A stretch of 64,000 nucleotides of DNA from Chrysomallon squamiferum (taxonomy: Eukaryota; Animalia; Mollusca). Where the stretch lies: positions 2,790,001 through 2,854,000 of the forward strand of contig CM022675.1 of assembly GCA_012295275.1 (NCBI GenBank), written 5' to 3'. Each line of letters starts with the position of its first letter. The first letter of the stretch is position 1. The position numbers were made by a program, and so were the translations under genes. Of this stretch, positions 1 through 12,169 are shown piece after piece. The notes below the pieces were generated by a model. It did no database searches. It was not told the origin of the DNA and was given only the letters and a program-made list of their open reading frames with translations.

Positions 1-89
1 GTGAAATAATACACTACTTGACTGAGATAATTAACATGTCTCAGTTAATTAATAAACTAAATGTCTGAGTGAATTAGCACACTAATTTC

Positions 90-437
90 CTGAGTGAATT
101 AACACACTAATTGACTGAGTGAGTTAACGCACTAACTGAGTTAACGCACTAACTGACTGAGTGAGTTAACGTACTAACTGACTGAGTTAACGCACTAACT
201 GACTGAGTGAGTTAACGTACTAACTGACTGAGTGAGTTAACGTACTAACTGAGTGAGTTAACGTACTAACTGAGTGAGTTAACGTACTAACTGATTGAGT
301 GAGTTAACGTACTGACTGAGTGAGTTAACGTACTAACTGACTGAGTGAGTTAACGTACTAACTGACTGAGTGAGTTAACGTACTGAGTTAACGTACTGAG
401 TGAGTTAACGTACTGAGTTAACGTACTGAGTTAACGT
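90..437. repeat. Minisatellite, about 25-bp unit GAGTGAGTTAACGTACTAACTGACT with shorter variants
   Basis: Direct tandem copies ending about 18 bp before the SRCR acceptor at 455. Confidence 0.9.
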
Positions 438-455
438 TCTGGGGTCTCGTGTCAG

Positions 456-834
456 TGAGGCTGCGCAGTTGTACAAGGACGCTCGCTATGGGGAGGGGTC
501 GGGACCGATCTGGACGGAGGGGCTGAGCTGTGTGGGAAGCGAAAAAGTCATCAACCAGTGTCCTCTTGTTGAGTGGGGGAACGTCAACTGTCACCACAGT
601 GAAGACGCTGGCATCAAGTGTTCACGTAAGTCGACTTCATCACTTTGTTAGTTCTAATGACGTGCAAGTAATTAGAGGAAATAAAAGCAATATGTTTCAT
701 AAATAATGTGTATGTGTTTATCTCTCTATCTATCTATCTGTCTATCTATCTATCTATATATTTATTTATCTGTCTTTCTGTATGTCTGTCTCTATCTAAT
801 TATCTATCTATCTATATATATATATATCTATCTA

Positions 835-879
<45 letters not shown>

Positions 880-3001
880 ACACACATATGTCTGTCTGTC
901 TATATATCTATGTCTCTAACTGTCTATCTAATTATCTATCTATCTAATTATCTATCTGTGTATGTAAATATGCATACATATGTCCATTCCGGCATATCGA
1001 CAGACAAGCAATAACACATTTCTACATCAATAATCAATAACTGAAAACAGTATTCCGACATTTCACGTAGTGCCTATAATACTATTCAGTGCATGTAATG
1101 ACTGAAAGCTTCAGTCATTTCATGAAGTAGCTGAAAATCATGTCACTGATTATACATGCAGAAAAGACAAATATTTCCAAATGACAAATAAGTGTAATAG
1201 AGTGATTCAAAGAATATGAAAATTAATTGTTTTTACATAATGATCTACTGTGACAGCACCTGGATCATTTCAGTTGAATTTTTATTATCAACAACTGGGC
1301 TGGCACCGTTTAGCTTTTGCACAGTTAGTTAGTTAGTTAGACCTAACATGATTTTGTGCATCACAGATGGATTCTCCTAACAGTGTGTTGTTACGATACT
1401 ATCTGAATCTGTTAACATGCGAGATCGTTAGTGAACTCTCTGGGAACTTATCGAATATTTCACGAAATTTTCACTCTCAGAATTCCTGTTTTAACACAGC
1501 CTGTGTATGCACTGTTAACATGATCTAAAACAACCACCGCGGGTTGCATTGGGACAACTATGTTTGTACAGCTTGTCCAGTCAGACTTCCACCATGTTTC
1601 TTTTTACCATACGCTGTATCTGGGTTATTAGCGATGTGTAAACTGACGTGCATTCGAATGCTAAATAAATCCACAGTGATGCTGACAGTTGATTAGAACT
1701 ATTTCCTGCAGCGACTAATCAGACGTATGTTAAAAACATTTTTATTCCTAAAATACATTCGTAGATACATGCATTAATACATGTGCATTCATGATACGCA
1801 TTTCATTTTTCAGGCATTACATCAACACTGCCGGAACCTACATCACCTGTTACATCTGGGAAAACTGAAGGTAAATTACTTAATATGTTACCTTTCATGC
1901 AATTTTATTTCTGTTAAAAGTAAGTTATTTAAGGTGTAGGGTTTTATACAATTCTACTTGTGTTAAGTGAAAATTACTTAATGTTTTGCGTTTTGTAAAA
2001 TGTTATTTTGTGTAAAAGTCAGGTACTTAATGTGTGTGTCTTATATAAATGTCTGAAAAGTAAACATAACCTCTTACAAAGATAAATAAACATGTAGATA
2101 TTTTTCTTAGTCGAAATAAGAAGAAAAAAAAGAAGTATATTTTCTCTTTAATTTCTTTGCTTGGCAGAGGCGACTAACTTCACTGTTCGGCTGGTAGACG
2201 GCTCGAATCCTAGAGAGGGTCGTGTGGAGGTTTTCTACAATGACACTTGGGGCACAGTCTGCCATGATGATTTTGATTTCAGAGATGCAGCTGTGTTCTG
2301 CAGAATGCTCGGTTATCCTGCGTATGTATAATAAATAAAACTTCATTTTACCTACGTAATACAATAACGTAATGTCCAGGACGAAGACAGAGAGATGCGC
2401 AAAGGCTTCCCCTACTCTTTAGTTTCCAGTTTATGTGCTGGAGTGAAATACGCTTTCTAAATGTCGTTCGGCACTTTTCTAGCAATTAAAATGATCTTAT
2501 TTTCTGAGTATACATCAAAATATGCAAACATGTAAACTGTCCACTGTTATTATTCTCAATTAAATTATGAATAATCTGAAGAAAAAAAAAACCTCACTAT
2601 AATCTAACCTCAGCAGTAGTCACATTGTACACATGTAATTACAGTTCTGTTTTACAAATCATCACAGCCAGTAGCTGTGAAGTTCTCCCTCTGCATCCCA
2701 GTCGCATTCTCACAGATCTTAGCGTACCCCGAGTTTCTAAAACCCGCGAAAACCACTCACTTGTGTCAGAAGTGATACCAGAGATTTTGTCTCACGTGAC
2801 AGTGTACAGTGACCGCTGTGTTTTATTACAGTGACAACGCTCAACCTCGAAAAGGCGGGTACTTCGCGAGTGGGCGGGGCAGGATTTGGCTGCACGGGCT
2901 GGCCTGTAACGGGAGCGAGGCTGACGTCTCTCAGTGCAGAAACGCGACCTGGGCTCAAACCTCCTGTTCTCACCACGAAGACGCTGGCGTAGTGTGTGCA
3001 G
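456..3001 (+). CDS. SRCR domain exons (one half domain, linker, one complete domain)
   Basis: Canonical SRCR motifs RLVDG-EGRVEV-WGTVC-DD, C-MLG, GPIW-LSC-GSE and C-HSEDAG-C, each domain split by a phase-2 intron. Exons 456-625, 1814-1870, 2168-2321, 2832-3001. Confidence 0.92.
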
Positions 3002-3134
3002 GTAATAGCTGATCAGCAACCAGAAGGGTCTTCCTCATTCGTCTTATCGTCTGTTTCCTCTTTTGTTTTATTTTTAAACACGTATTTTATTGATGTTTGA
3101 AATGTTTACTGAAACAGACACTTTACCAAAAATG

Positions 3135-3187
<53 letters not shown>

Positions 3188-5723
3188 AACTCACATAAAT
3201 CCTCTGCAATGTAATGCAAATCATAATAGTATATGCGTTTGCAGAAAATAATAATGCTTTTTCATAAATTTATCTACTTATTTACTTACCTACTTACCTA
3301 CCTACGTGTTTACATCTACTGCTTAATTAATTAATTACCTGTTTCTGCTGACATATTTACCGGTTAATATTGTTATATACGCTGTTTACTTTCTTTCTTT
3401 TTTTTTAGTGGTTTGAAAGACATTTCTAATAACTTATAATGTTAATAAGACAGCATGTAACATGAGTATTTAAAAAAAAAAAATTAAGTAGTTTAAAAGC
3501 CATTTCTGTTTACAACGTTTTTCTCAGTGTAACTGATTTTCAGCTTTCTTCTTCGTCGTTGTCTTTCTTGTGGTTTTCAAAAAATAAACTAAATCAAAAT
3601 TAAATCAAATTAAAAAAATAATAAAACCTGAAATTTTTATTATCATTATTTTGCTGTTGTTGTTGTTGTTCAGGTGGTGCTGGTTGTTGTCGACGCAGTT
3701 TCCGTTGACACTGTTTGTTGCTGCTGTAGTTACACAGAGTATTTTTCTACAAGAGACTCGTTGCTCTGTAGTTGATGTGTAGTGTGCAGATTACTCATCA
3801 CGTTCTCAGATTAGTGTGTAGTGTGCAGATTACTCATCACGTTCTCAGATTAGTGTGTAGTGTGCAGATTACTCATCACGTTGTCAGACTAGTGTGTAGT
3901 GTGCATATTACTCATCACGTTGTAGATTAGTGTGTAGTGTGCAGATTAATCATCACGTTGTCAGATTAGTGTGCAGTGTGCAGATTACTCATCACGCTGT
4001 CAGATTGGTGTATAGTGTGCAGATTACTCATCACGTTGTCAGATTAGTGTGCAGATTACTCATCACGCTGTCAGATTGGTGTGTAGTGTGCAGATTACTC
4101 ATTACGTTGTCAGATTAGTGTGGAGATTACTCATCACGTTGTCAGATTAGTGTGGAGATTACTCATCACGTTGTCAGATTAGTGTGTAGTGTGCAGATTA
4201 CTCATAACGTTGTAGATTAGTGTGCAGTGTGCAGATTACTCATCACGTTGTCAGATTAGTGTGCAGTGTGCAGATTACTCATCACGTTGTCAGATTAGTG
4301 TGTAGTGTGCAGATTACTCATCACGTTGTCAGACTAGTGTGTAGTGCAGATTACTCATCACGTTGTCAGACTAGTGTGTAGTGTGCAGATTACTCATCAC
4401 GTTGTCAGACTAGTGTGTAGTGTGCAGATTACTCATCACGTTGTCAGATTAGTGTGTAGTGTGCAGATTACTCATCACGTTGTCAGACTAGTGTGTAGTG
4501 TGCAGATTACTCATCACGTTGTCAGATTGGTGTGTACTGTGCAGATTACTCATCACGTTGTCAGATTGGTGTGTAGTGTGCAGATTACTCATCACGCTGT
4601 CAGATTAGTGTGTAGTGTGCAGATTACTCATCACGTTGTCAGATTAGTGTGTAGTGTGCAGATTACTCATCAGGTTGTCAGATTAGTGTGTAGTGTGCAG
4701 ATTACTCATCACGTTGTCAGATTAGTGTGTAGTGTGCAGATTACTCATCACGTTCTCAGATTAGTGTGTAGTGTGCAGATTACTCATCACGTTGTCAGAT
4801 TAGTGTGTAGTGTGCAGATTACTCATCACGTTGTCAGATTGGTGTGTAGTGTGCAGATTACTCATCACGTTGTCAGATTAGTGTGTAGTGTGCAGAGTAC
4901 TCATCACGTTGTCAGATTAGTGTGTAGTGTGCAGATTACTTATCACGTTCTCAGATTAGTGTGTAGTGTGGAGATTACTCATAACGTTGTAGATTAGTGT
5001 GTAGTGTGCAGATTACTCATCACGCTGTCAGATTAGTGTGTAGTGTGCAGATTACTCATCACGTTCTCAGATTAGTGTGTAGTGTGGAGATTACTCATAA
5101 CGTTGTAGATTAGTGTGTAGTGTGGAGATTACTCATCACGTTGTCAGATTAGTGTGTAGTGTGGAGATTACTCATAACGTTGTAGATTAGTGTGTAGTGT
5201 GGAGATTACTCATCAGTGTGCAGATTACTCATCACGTTGTCAGATTAGTGTGTAGTGTGCAGATTACTCATCAGGTTATCAGATTAGTGTGTAGTGTGCA
5301 GATTACTCATCACGCTGTCAGATTAGTGTATAGTGTGCAGAATACTCATCACGTTGTCAGATTAGTGTGTAGTGTGCAGATTATTCATCACGTTGTAGAT
5401 TAGTGTGTAGTGTGCAGATTACTCATCACGTTGTAATTAACACTGACACTGAAGTGAGTTAAACGTTTAATTTTTAACCGACGCAGACACAGCATACTGA
5501 ATGTTTACCAGACAAACGAGTTTAAAACATTTTTTTTTCAATTTAATACAGACAGCAGTAGCCGCAAAAAAAAACACTTGAAAAAGGTGTAATGTACATT
5601 AGTTTTTATATACAAAAGTCAGAGTTTATCAATTGTATGTAGGCGTTCTTCTTCTTCTTCTTCTTACTATTGTTATTATTATTGTTGTTGTTGTTGCTGA
5701 TGCTTTTGTTGCTGGTTTTATTA

Positions 5724-5784
<61 letters not shown>

Positions 5785-7925
5785 TACTATTGTTATTACT
5801 ATTATTATTATTACTATTATTATTATTATTGTTGCTTTTTATATTTACGTGATAACCTCTGTAGTTCCATTCAGTACTGTTTTCAGTAATTATTTTTGAA
5901 TACAATGTTTCTGTTGCTAAGGTCACACGTTTAATACTGCTTTGTAGTTATGTTTGTGTAAAATATAGCTGTTGCTATGGTTACAGATAGCGGCGGTTTT
6001 GTTGATTCAATCAGGGTGGAGTCGTGCTCGGCCGACAACCAGAAGGAAGGTGATTCGAGGCTGTCGTTCAGCCTCATAAAAGACAGGTAACGTTACACTG
6101 CTGCGTTGTATTGTTCGTCTGCTTGTGTGATATCAGTAACTAACAGTGATATCTTAAACTGCTCGGTTGGTGTTATTTCAGTAGGCAGACGTATCTAGTG
6201 TTGTTATATCAGTAGTTGATGTACTTAATATTGTCATATTAATTAATAGATATATAAGTTTTCTTGTATTATTAAGTTAAATATCTGTTATATTATATCA
6301 GTAGTTAAAAGTCTACTACTTTTGTATGGTTATCTACTTTGTATGTTATACAGACACATCTCCATATCAAACACGGGCACTGTACAGAAATATATCTATG
6401 TCAACAACTGTAGTGTATATTACATAGACACATCTCTATATCAAACAACTGTAGTGTACATTACATAGACACATCTCTATATCAAACAACTGTATTGTAC
6501 AATACATAGACACATCTGCATATCAAACAACTGTATTGTACAATACATAGACACATCTCTATATCAACAACTACAGTGTATATTACATAGACACGTTTGA
6601 GTCACATAACTATATTGCATATTTACAGGCACATCTCTATATCAATCAGGTGTATGATGTTTTGCATAGACACATCTCTTTATTAAAGAAATGTTTATAC
6701 GACATACCTCGTCTGTTTTACTGTATATGCTTATATAAACTTGAATAACTGTACCACGTAGTACAGATATGCATTTCAACGTGAAGAGTTTTTTTTATTT
6801 CCAGCTGCCCGACACCAGACGTCGCCAAATTGATGATACAGAAACCAGTGAGGTCACCTGACAACGTAGTGACCTTCACCCTATTACCCTTTCACTTCAG
6901 TGGAAACACCAAGATTTCTGTGTCGTGTACAGTTTCTGTCTGTTCACGCCAAAACAGAGAACTCTGTGATCCGGTAAGTGATCGATCGACCGACTGATTT
7001 ATTTGTTTATTTATTTATCCTCTGTACTTATCACTGATTCGTGCACCTATGTGTTATTACTGAACTCGTGCACCTATGTGTTATTATTCAGTTCATTCAC
7101 TGGTTTTCTTTTCAGGTTGACTGTGACAAAAAGCTGGGGAAGAGGCGAAGAAAACGACGAGATGTTGATTTGCCTACCCTGACCGTGCAGAAAGAGTTTT
7201 ACATCATTGACACAAGTAAGTTTAATATGAAAAATATCACTGACACAAGTAAGTTTAATATGAAAAATATCACTGACACAAGTAAGTTTAATGTGAAAAA
7301 CATCACTGACACAAGTAAGTTTAATGTGAAAAACATCACTGACACAAATGAGTTTAATGTAAAAAACATCACTGACACAAGTGAGTTTAATGTGAAAAAC
7401 ATCACTGACACAAGTGAGTTTAATGTGAAAAATATCACTGACACAAGTGAGTTTAATGTGAAAAACATCACTGACACAAGTGAGTTTAATGTGAAAAACA
7501 TCACTGACACAAGTGAGTTTAATGTGAAAAACATCACTGACACAAGTAAGTTTAATGTGAAAAATATCACTGATCATATTACCGTGCAAGTAATTATTTA
7601 CCTAGTACTGTCACTTATACAGGTAAGTAGATATCTAGTACTGTTATATTATTAACTAACTATCTAGTGTTACTAAACAACAAAGAAAATATCTAGTACT
7701 GCTATATACAGTTTGATATACAGTGTTGTTATATATGTAATTATATACTAACTGTTGATAAGTACATACAAGGATGTTTGTATCTGGTACAGTTAGATAA
7801 GTATTTCAGTATCTGTTATATAAGTGATACGATATCAAGACATGTTTTACACGTAATTAGATTCAAGTTACAAAAATGTCTGTTTTATTTCATGTTCTTA
7901 TTTGTTTTCTTTTTCAGATATCTGA
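456..7925 (+). CDS. 5'-partial spliced gene: SRCR-domain protein with C-terminal partial ZP-C domain and furin site (DMBT1-like parts, but ZP portion paralogous to the adjacent EGF-ZP genes)
   Basis: Exons by GT-AG and frame continuity: 456-625 (SRCR C-half, [19 protein letters not shown]...[11 protein letters not shown]), 1814-1870 (Ser/Thr/Pro linker), 2168-2321 (SRCR N-half, [30 protein letters not shown]...FCRMLGY), 2832-3001 (SRCR C-half, [14 protein letters not shown]...[11 protein letters not shown]), 5987-6086 ([11 protein letters not shown]...LIKDS), 6805-6973 ([10 protein letters not shown]...SCTVSVC...C), 7116-7215 ([15 protein letters not shown]...EFYIIDT), 7918-7925 (NI-stop). 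AATAAA at 7976-7981. The 3001-5987 junction is inferred from phase-1 compatibility only. Confidence 0.78.
3775..5435. repeat. Minisatellite, 39-bp unit TAGTGTGTAGTGTGCAGATTACTCATCACGTTGTCAGAT
   Basis: About 40 tandem copies, the source of the spurious [13 protein letters not shown] ORFs. Confidence 0.95.
5987..7925 (+). CDS. ZP-C C-terminal exons with furin cleavage site
   Basis: Exons 5987-6086, 6805-6973, 7116-7215, 7918-7925. Exon 6805-6973 has the same length (169 nt) and phases as exon 9338-9506 of the neighbouring EGF-ZP gene, with 25/56 identical residues in my ungapped hand alignment. Confidence 0.85.
6350..6680. repeat. Degenerate minisatellite, about 41-bp unit (TACATAGACACATCTCTATATCAAACAACTGTA...)
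   Basis: Several diverged tandem copies within an intron. Confidence 0.8.
7201..7572 (+). repeat. 33-bp minisatellite containing the exon end and 5' splice donor (ACATCACTGACACAA|GTRAGTTTAATGTGAAAA)
   Basis: 11 copies, with donor positions at 33-bp spacing from 7216 to 7546. Confidence 0.95.
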
Positions 7926-8501
7926 TTTGTGAGGTGTTTGATTCAAAATTAAATACAGTACATCAGATTAAATGAAATAAACTGGATAAATGTTAAGTTG
8001 CACGTTTTTTCTTTGATTAAGGTAAACACTATACCAAGTAGCAAGTCTTATTATCATAATGTTCATCATAATCATCAAGATCATTATTATCATTATTATT
8101 ATCATCATCATCATCATCAAATCATGAATTCAAATCAGTTTGGATCGTATGAAGTTAGTTTTAATCTTTGGTAATTAAAAAGTGTAAATAAATAAATAAA
8201 TAAATAATATCATATCAGGTTTATTTCTCATTAAATTCAGTTGGTAGTAATGTAGTAGTTTCACACAGTGAGTAAACTCAGTCCAGCTCGATTACGTCCG
8301 CTTTCTTTCTAAACCTCTAATTAGTCGATCGCTGGTCCTGGTAAAATATATAAATAATAAAATAAAAAAATAATTTTGGTTTCGCATGGTTTCGCATGGT
8401 TTCTCATTGTTATTGAGGGAATCGATAAGAACAAAACATAAACTGATGCTAAACTCGCGGATTGCCGAGATATCCACGATGAACATTAAGCAAATACTTG
8501 C

Positions 8502-9599
8502 CTACTGGATTCTCCAAAACTGATATATACGAATTACTGGAGAAACTGATCTTCGTTTCCTCCTTTTGTTCGTAGCATCACAGTCAGTCTAAAAGAGAGA
8601 AACAACGTTTTATCTGTACGCTCTGTACGTTAGTAGGTATGTGTATAGCAAACGAACTGAAGGATTAAAAAGTAATAAACAAATCATTTTGAAACGTTCA
8701 ATACTTCTTTGTTCAATGTTGTTTGATAAACATGGAATAATGATAAAGGTGACATTATGATTTAGCCAGCAAAACATTGAGAAAATAATGCTAAAGATAT
8801 CGTGTGCTCCGTGAACTGTTTTCATTAGCAGATATGTGTGTTTGTGTGTACTTGTGTGTGCGCGTGTGTGTCTGTGTTCATGTGTGTGTGTGCATGTGTG
8901 TGTGAAAATGTGTGTTTGTGTTCGTGTGAAAATGTGTGTGTGTGAATGTGTATGTGCAGCTGTGTATGTGCATCTGTGTGTGTGAGTGTCTGTGAATGTG
9001 TGTGTGAATGTGGGTGTCTGTGAATGTGTGTGTGTGTATGTGAATGTGTGTGTGAGTGTGTGTGAATGTGTGTGTGAATGTTTGTGTGAATGTGTGTTTA
9101 TGTGAATGTGTGTGAGTGTGTGTGAATGTGTGTGTGCATGTGTGTGTGTAAATGTGTGTGTGTGTATGTGTGTGTGTGAATGTGTGTGTGCATGTGTGTG
9201 TGTAAATGTGTGTGTGTGTATGTGTGTGTGTAAATGTGTGTGTGTATGTGTGTGTATGTGTGTGTGTAAATATGTGTGTGTATGTGTGTATGTGTGTGTA
9301 TGTGTATGTGCATGTGTGTGTGTAAATGTAAACATACTTGTTTACACGACTCGACTTTGCTTTCCGGACACACTTTGACGGTGCAGGACATGCTGACGAT
9401 GTCGTTGTGGTTGAATTTGAACGTGTGTACTTTGAAAGTCACGTGACTCTTCGAAACGTGAAACGGCTTCTGTGTCATCAGCTTCCCAACATCCTGAGAT
9501 GGACAACTGAAATATTCCCCCATAATAATAACAACAACAGTGACGACGACAACGACAACAACAACAAAAACAACGATGAAAATAATAACAATAATAATA

Positions 9600-9633
<34 letters not shown>

Positions 9634-10437
9634 TAATAATAATATAATAATATAACAATATAATAATAATAATAATAATAATACTGAGTGAAGTTAAGCA
9701 GGACGTTGTTACTAAAGAAAAAATATGTTTATTGTCTTCCGATGTATTCGCATTTGTGAGTAAGAAAACTGAACCGTTGTACGCAGCAGTGAGATCTGAG
9801 CAGTGAGATCTGAGTATCTACTCTTATCTTCTTCTACGTCAGTGTCCCATGACAGCTTTTAAAGATTTACGCACATCTCAGACTTTATTTAAACTTAAGT
9901 CGGGCACCAGTGGGATTAGCGACCGTGGAGCTAAAGCTTCATTAGTTTCACAACAGATCCGTCCTGCTTGTACGTGATGACGTCCTTACCTGTTTTCTAT
10001 GATCTGCGCTGTTTCAAAATGTTCCGTGTCGTTGTTGTCTGCCACACACGACTCCACGCTTAGTGCATCTGACATTAAAGGACAAAATAATAAAATGGCG
10101 AAGAAAAAGAAAAAACAAAAAAGATATTGCTGTAAAAAGATGTTCTGTTCAGTGCAGTTTTCTACAGAACTGTGTAACTGTGTGTGCAGTTTTGTAGACA
10201 AAGAGCACTAACTTGCCAGTGACGAAACAGGTTCAATAGACAGATCAAAGTTCAACTCATCGTTCAAAGAAACAACTGAAGTTACTGAAGACCCGTTAAT
10301 ATATTTGACTGTAAACTTCAGAACTGATGAATCAAAACTAGTTTTTCCTTCTATAGTGCCTTCTTCTACAGGACTGAAACAAAAAGTTGAATAGATTAGT
10401 TCACTTGAAGACCTGCATTAAACTCTAAACCACAGCC

Positions 10438-10520
<83 letters not shown>

Positions 10521-11994
10521 GATATTGATATTTTGCTAATGGTTTTTTTCTTTATCCCTATAAACCACTCTGGATGTATTAACCGTCATATTAAAGAAAA
10601 AGAAAATACATTAAAATGATTTCCTCATCGTGTCAGTTTGGCTGAGAACCCGACAATCCAGCTGTTATCCTTAATCGCGTTGTATTGATTTCGCTGTTAC
10701 GTAATCTGCTTAACACCAAGCAGGCGACTGCAATCCTGAAAGAATGACGCACAAGGAGAAACGAACGTACTGACTGGCCCGACTGCTGTAACCACGGTAA
10801 CAGTTATTTACCCGAGCTGTATTCGACTTCTCTCCTGCACGACGACACTGCTTGCAGCCTCGGTGCACGTCACAAGCAGAGACGTGTCTACGGCGGCGAC
10901 GAAGTATTTGTTGAACTGTATCAGCACCTTGCGAGTGACCACTCCGCTGTCCTACAGAAAACAAACACAGCTCACTCTGTTTAAACTTTCTGTGCGTGTG
11001 TAAGTGTGATGATATATGCACGCGTGCATGCGAAATGTATTGTGCGTGAATGTCTACTTATTTGCGCCTGCAGAGTCTAGGAGAAACGAATATTAAGGGG
11101 AAGAAATATTCTCTGACACCGGCGTAATTTAGTTTGGTGCCGATTTGTAGGTGATGTGTGTGTGTGTGTCTTGTGTAAGCACGTTTGAGTTCGTCAGATC
11201 TTTTTAAATAACACTGTAAACAGACAAAGACAGGGAACAATCCACGTCACTTAGAGGTTTGTTCTAAAATCTTGTACACAATAAAACACAAAAACCTAGA
11301 TTTGATACACAAATAAGCGGATAAAAAAATGATAAAGTATCTGATAGACAGGTAGACAAACTGATAAAGGTTGACAAATAAATTGATAAAGTGTGTGATA
11401 GATAGATAGACAAATAAACTGATAAAGTGATAGGTTGACAAATAGAATGATAAAGTGTCTGATGGACAGGTAGATAATAGTTTCTGATGGACAGGTAGAT
11501 AAAGTGTCTGATGGACAGGTAGATAAAGTGTCTGATGGACAGGTAGATTTCTGATGGACAGGTAGATAAAGTGTCTGATGGACAGGTAGATAATACTTTG
11601 GTGACTCCGCCGCAGTCGGTGTGTGAAAGCTGAAGGGCCAGTCCTTGCTTTGACTGTGGAAGATTTGTTTTCAAAAAAATACATCCATCATGTCTGTGAC
11701 CTTGTACCAAGACCTGACCTTGAAAATCTCCAAGCGGGTTCACCAGTATCATCATGGAGTTCTCTGAACAAATTACGTCATCTGGAAATTCGTATATTTT
11801 GTGTTTTAATTTTCACTTCTTTTTTATGTCTTTGTGTGTGTGTGTGTGTGTGTGTGTGAGTATTTGTGTGTGTGCGATTTTTATCTATTTATAGACGTAA
11901 GTATTTTTACGATACACATTTGTGTGTTTGTGGATAAGCATGTCATGTGTAAATAAACATACTACATACCATCAAAATGCACGTGCGGTTTATA

Positions 11995-12038
<44 letters not shown>

Positions 12039-12075
12039 TTGTTTATATATATATATATATATATATATGTATACG

Positions 12076-12169
<94 letters not shown>

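Noticed and set aside
3674-3775. Possible missing exon after CAG at 3671-3673 between the SRCR and ZP exons
   Set aside because: The phase-1 frame hits TGA within 12 codons, with no ZP similarity and no good donor.
3775-5435. Possible CRISPR-like array or repetitive protein ([13 protein letters not shown])
   Set aside because: Head-to-tail 39-bp units with no unique spacers and no cas genes, in a eukaryotic intron. The same applies to all other arrays in the window.
11058-11240. Possible extra phase-0 exon in paralog A (acceptor near 11214)
   Set aside because: Runs into a (CA)n tract and has no counterpart in paralog B. The flanking exons already give a complete ZP-N.
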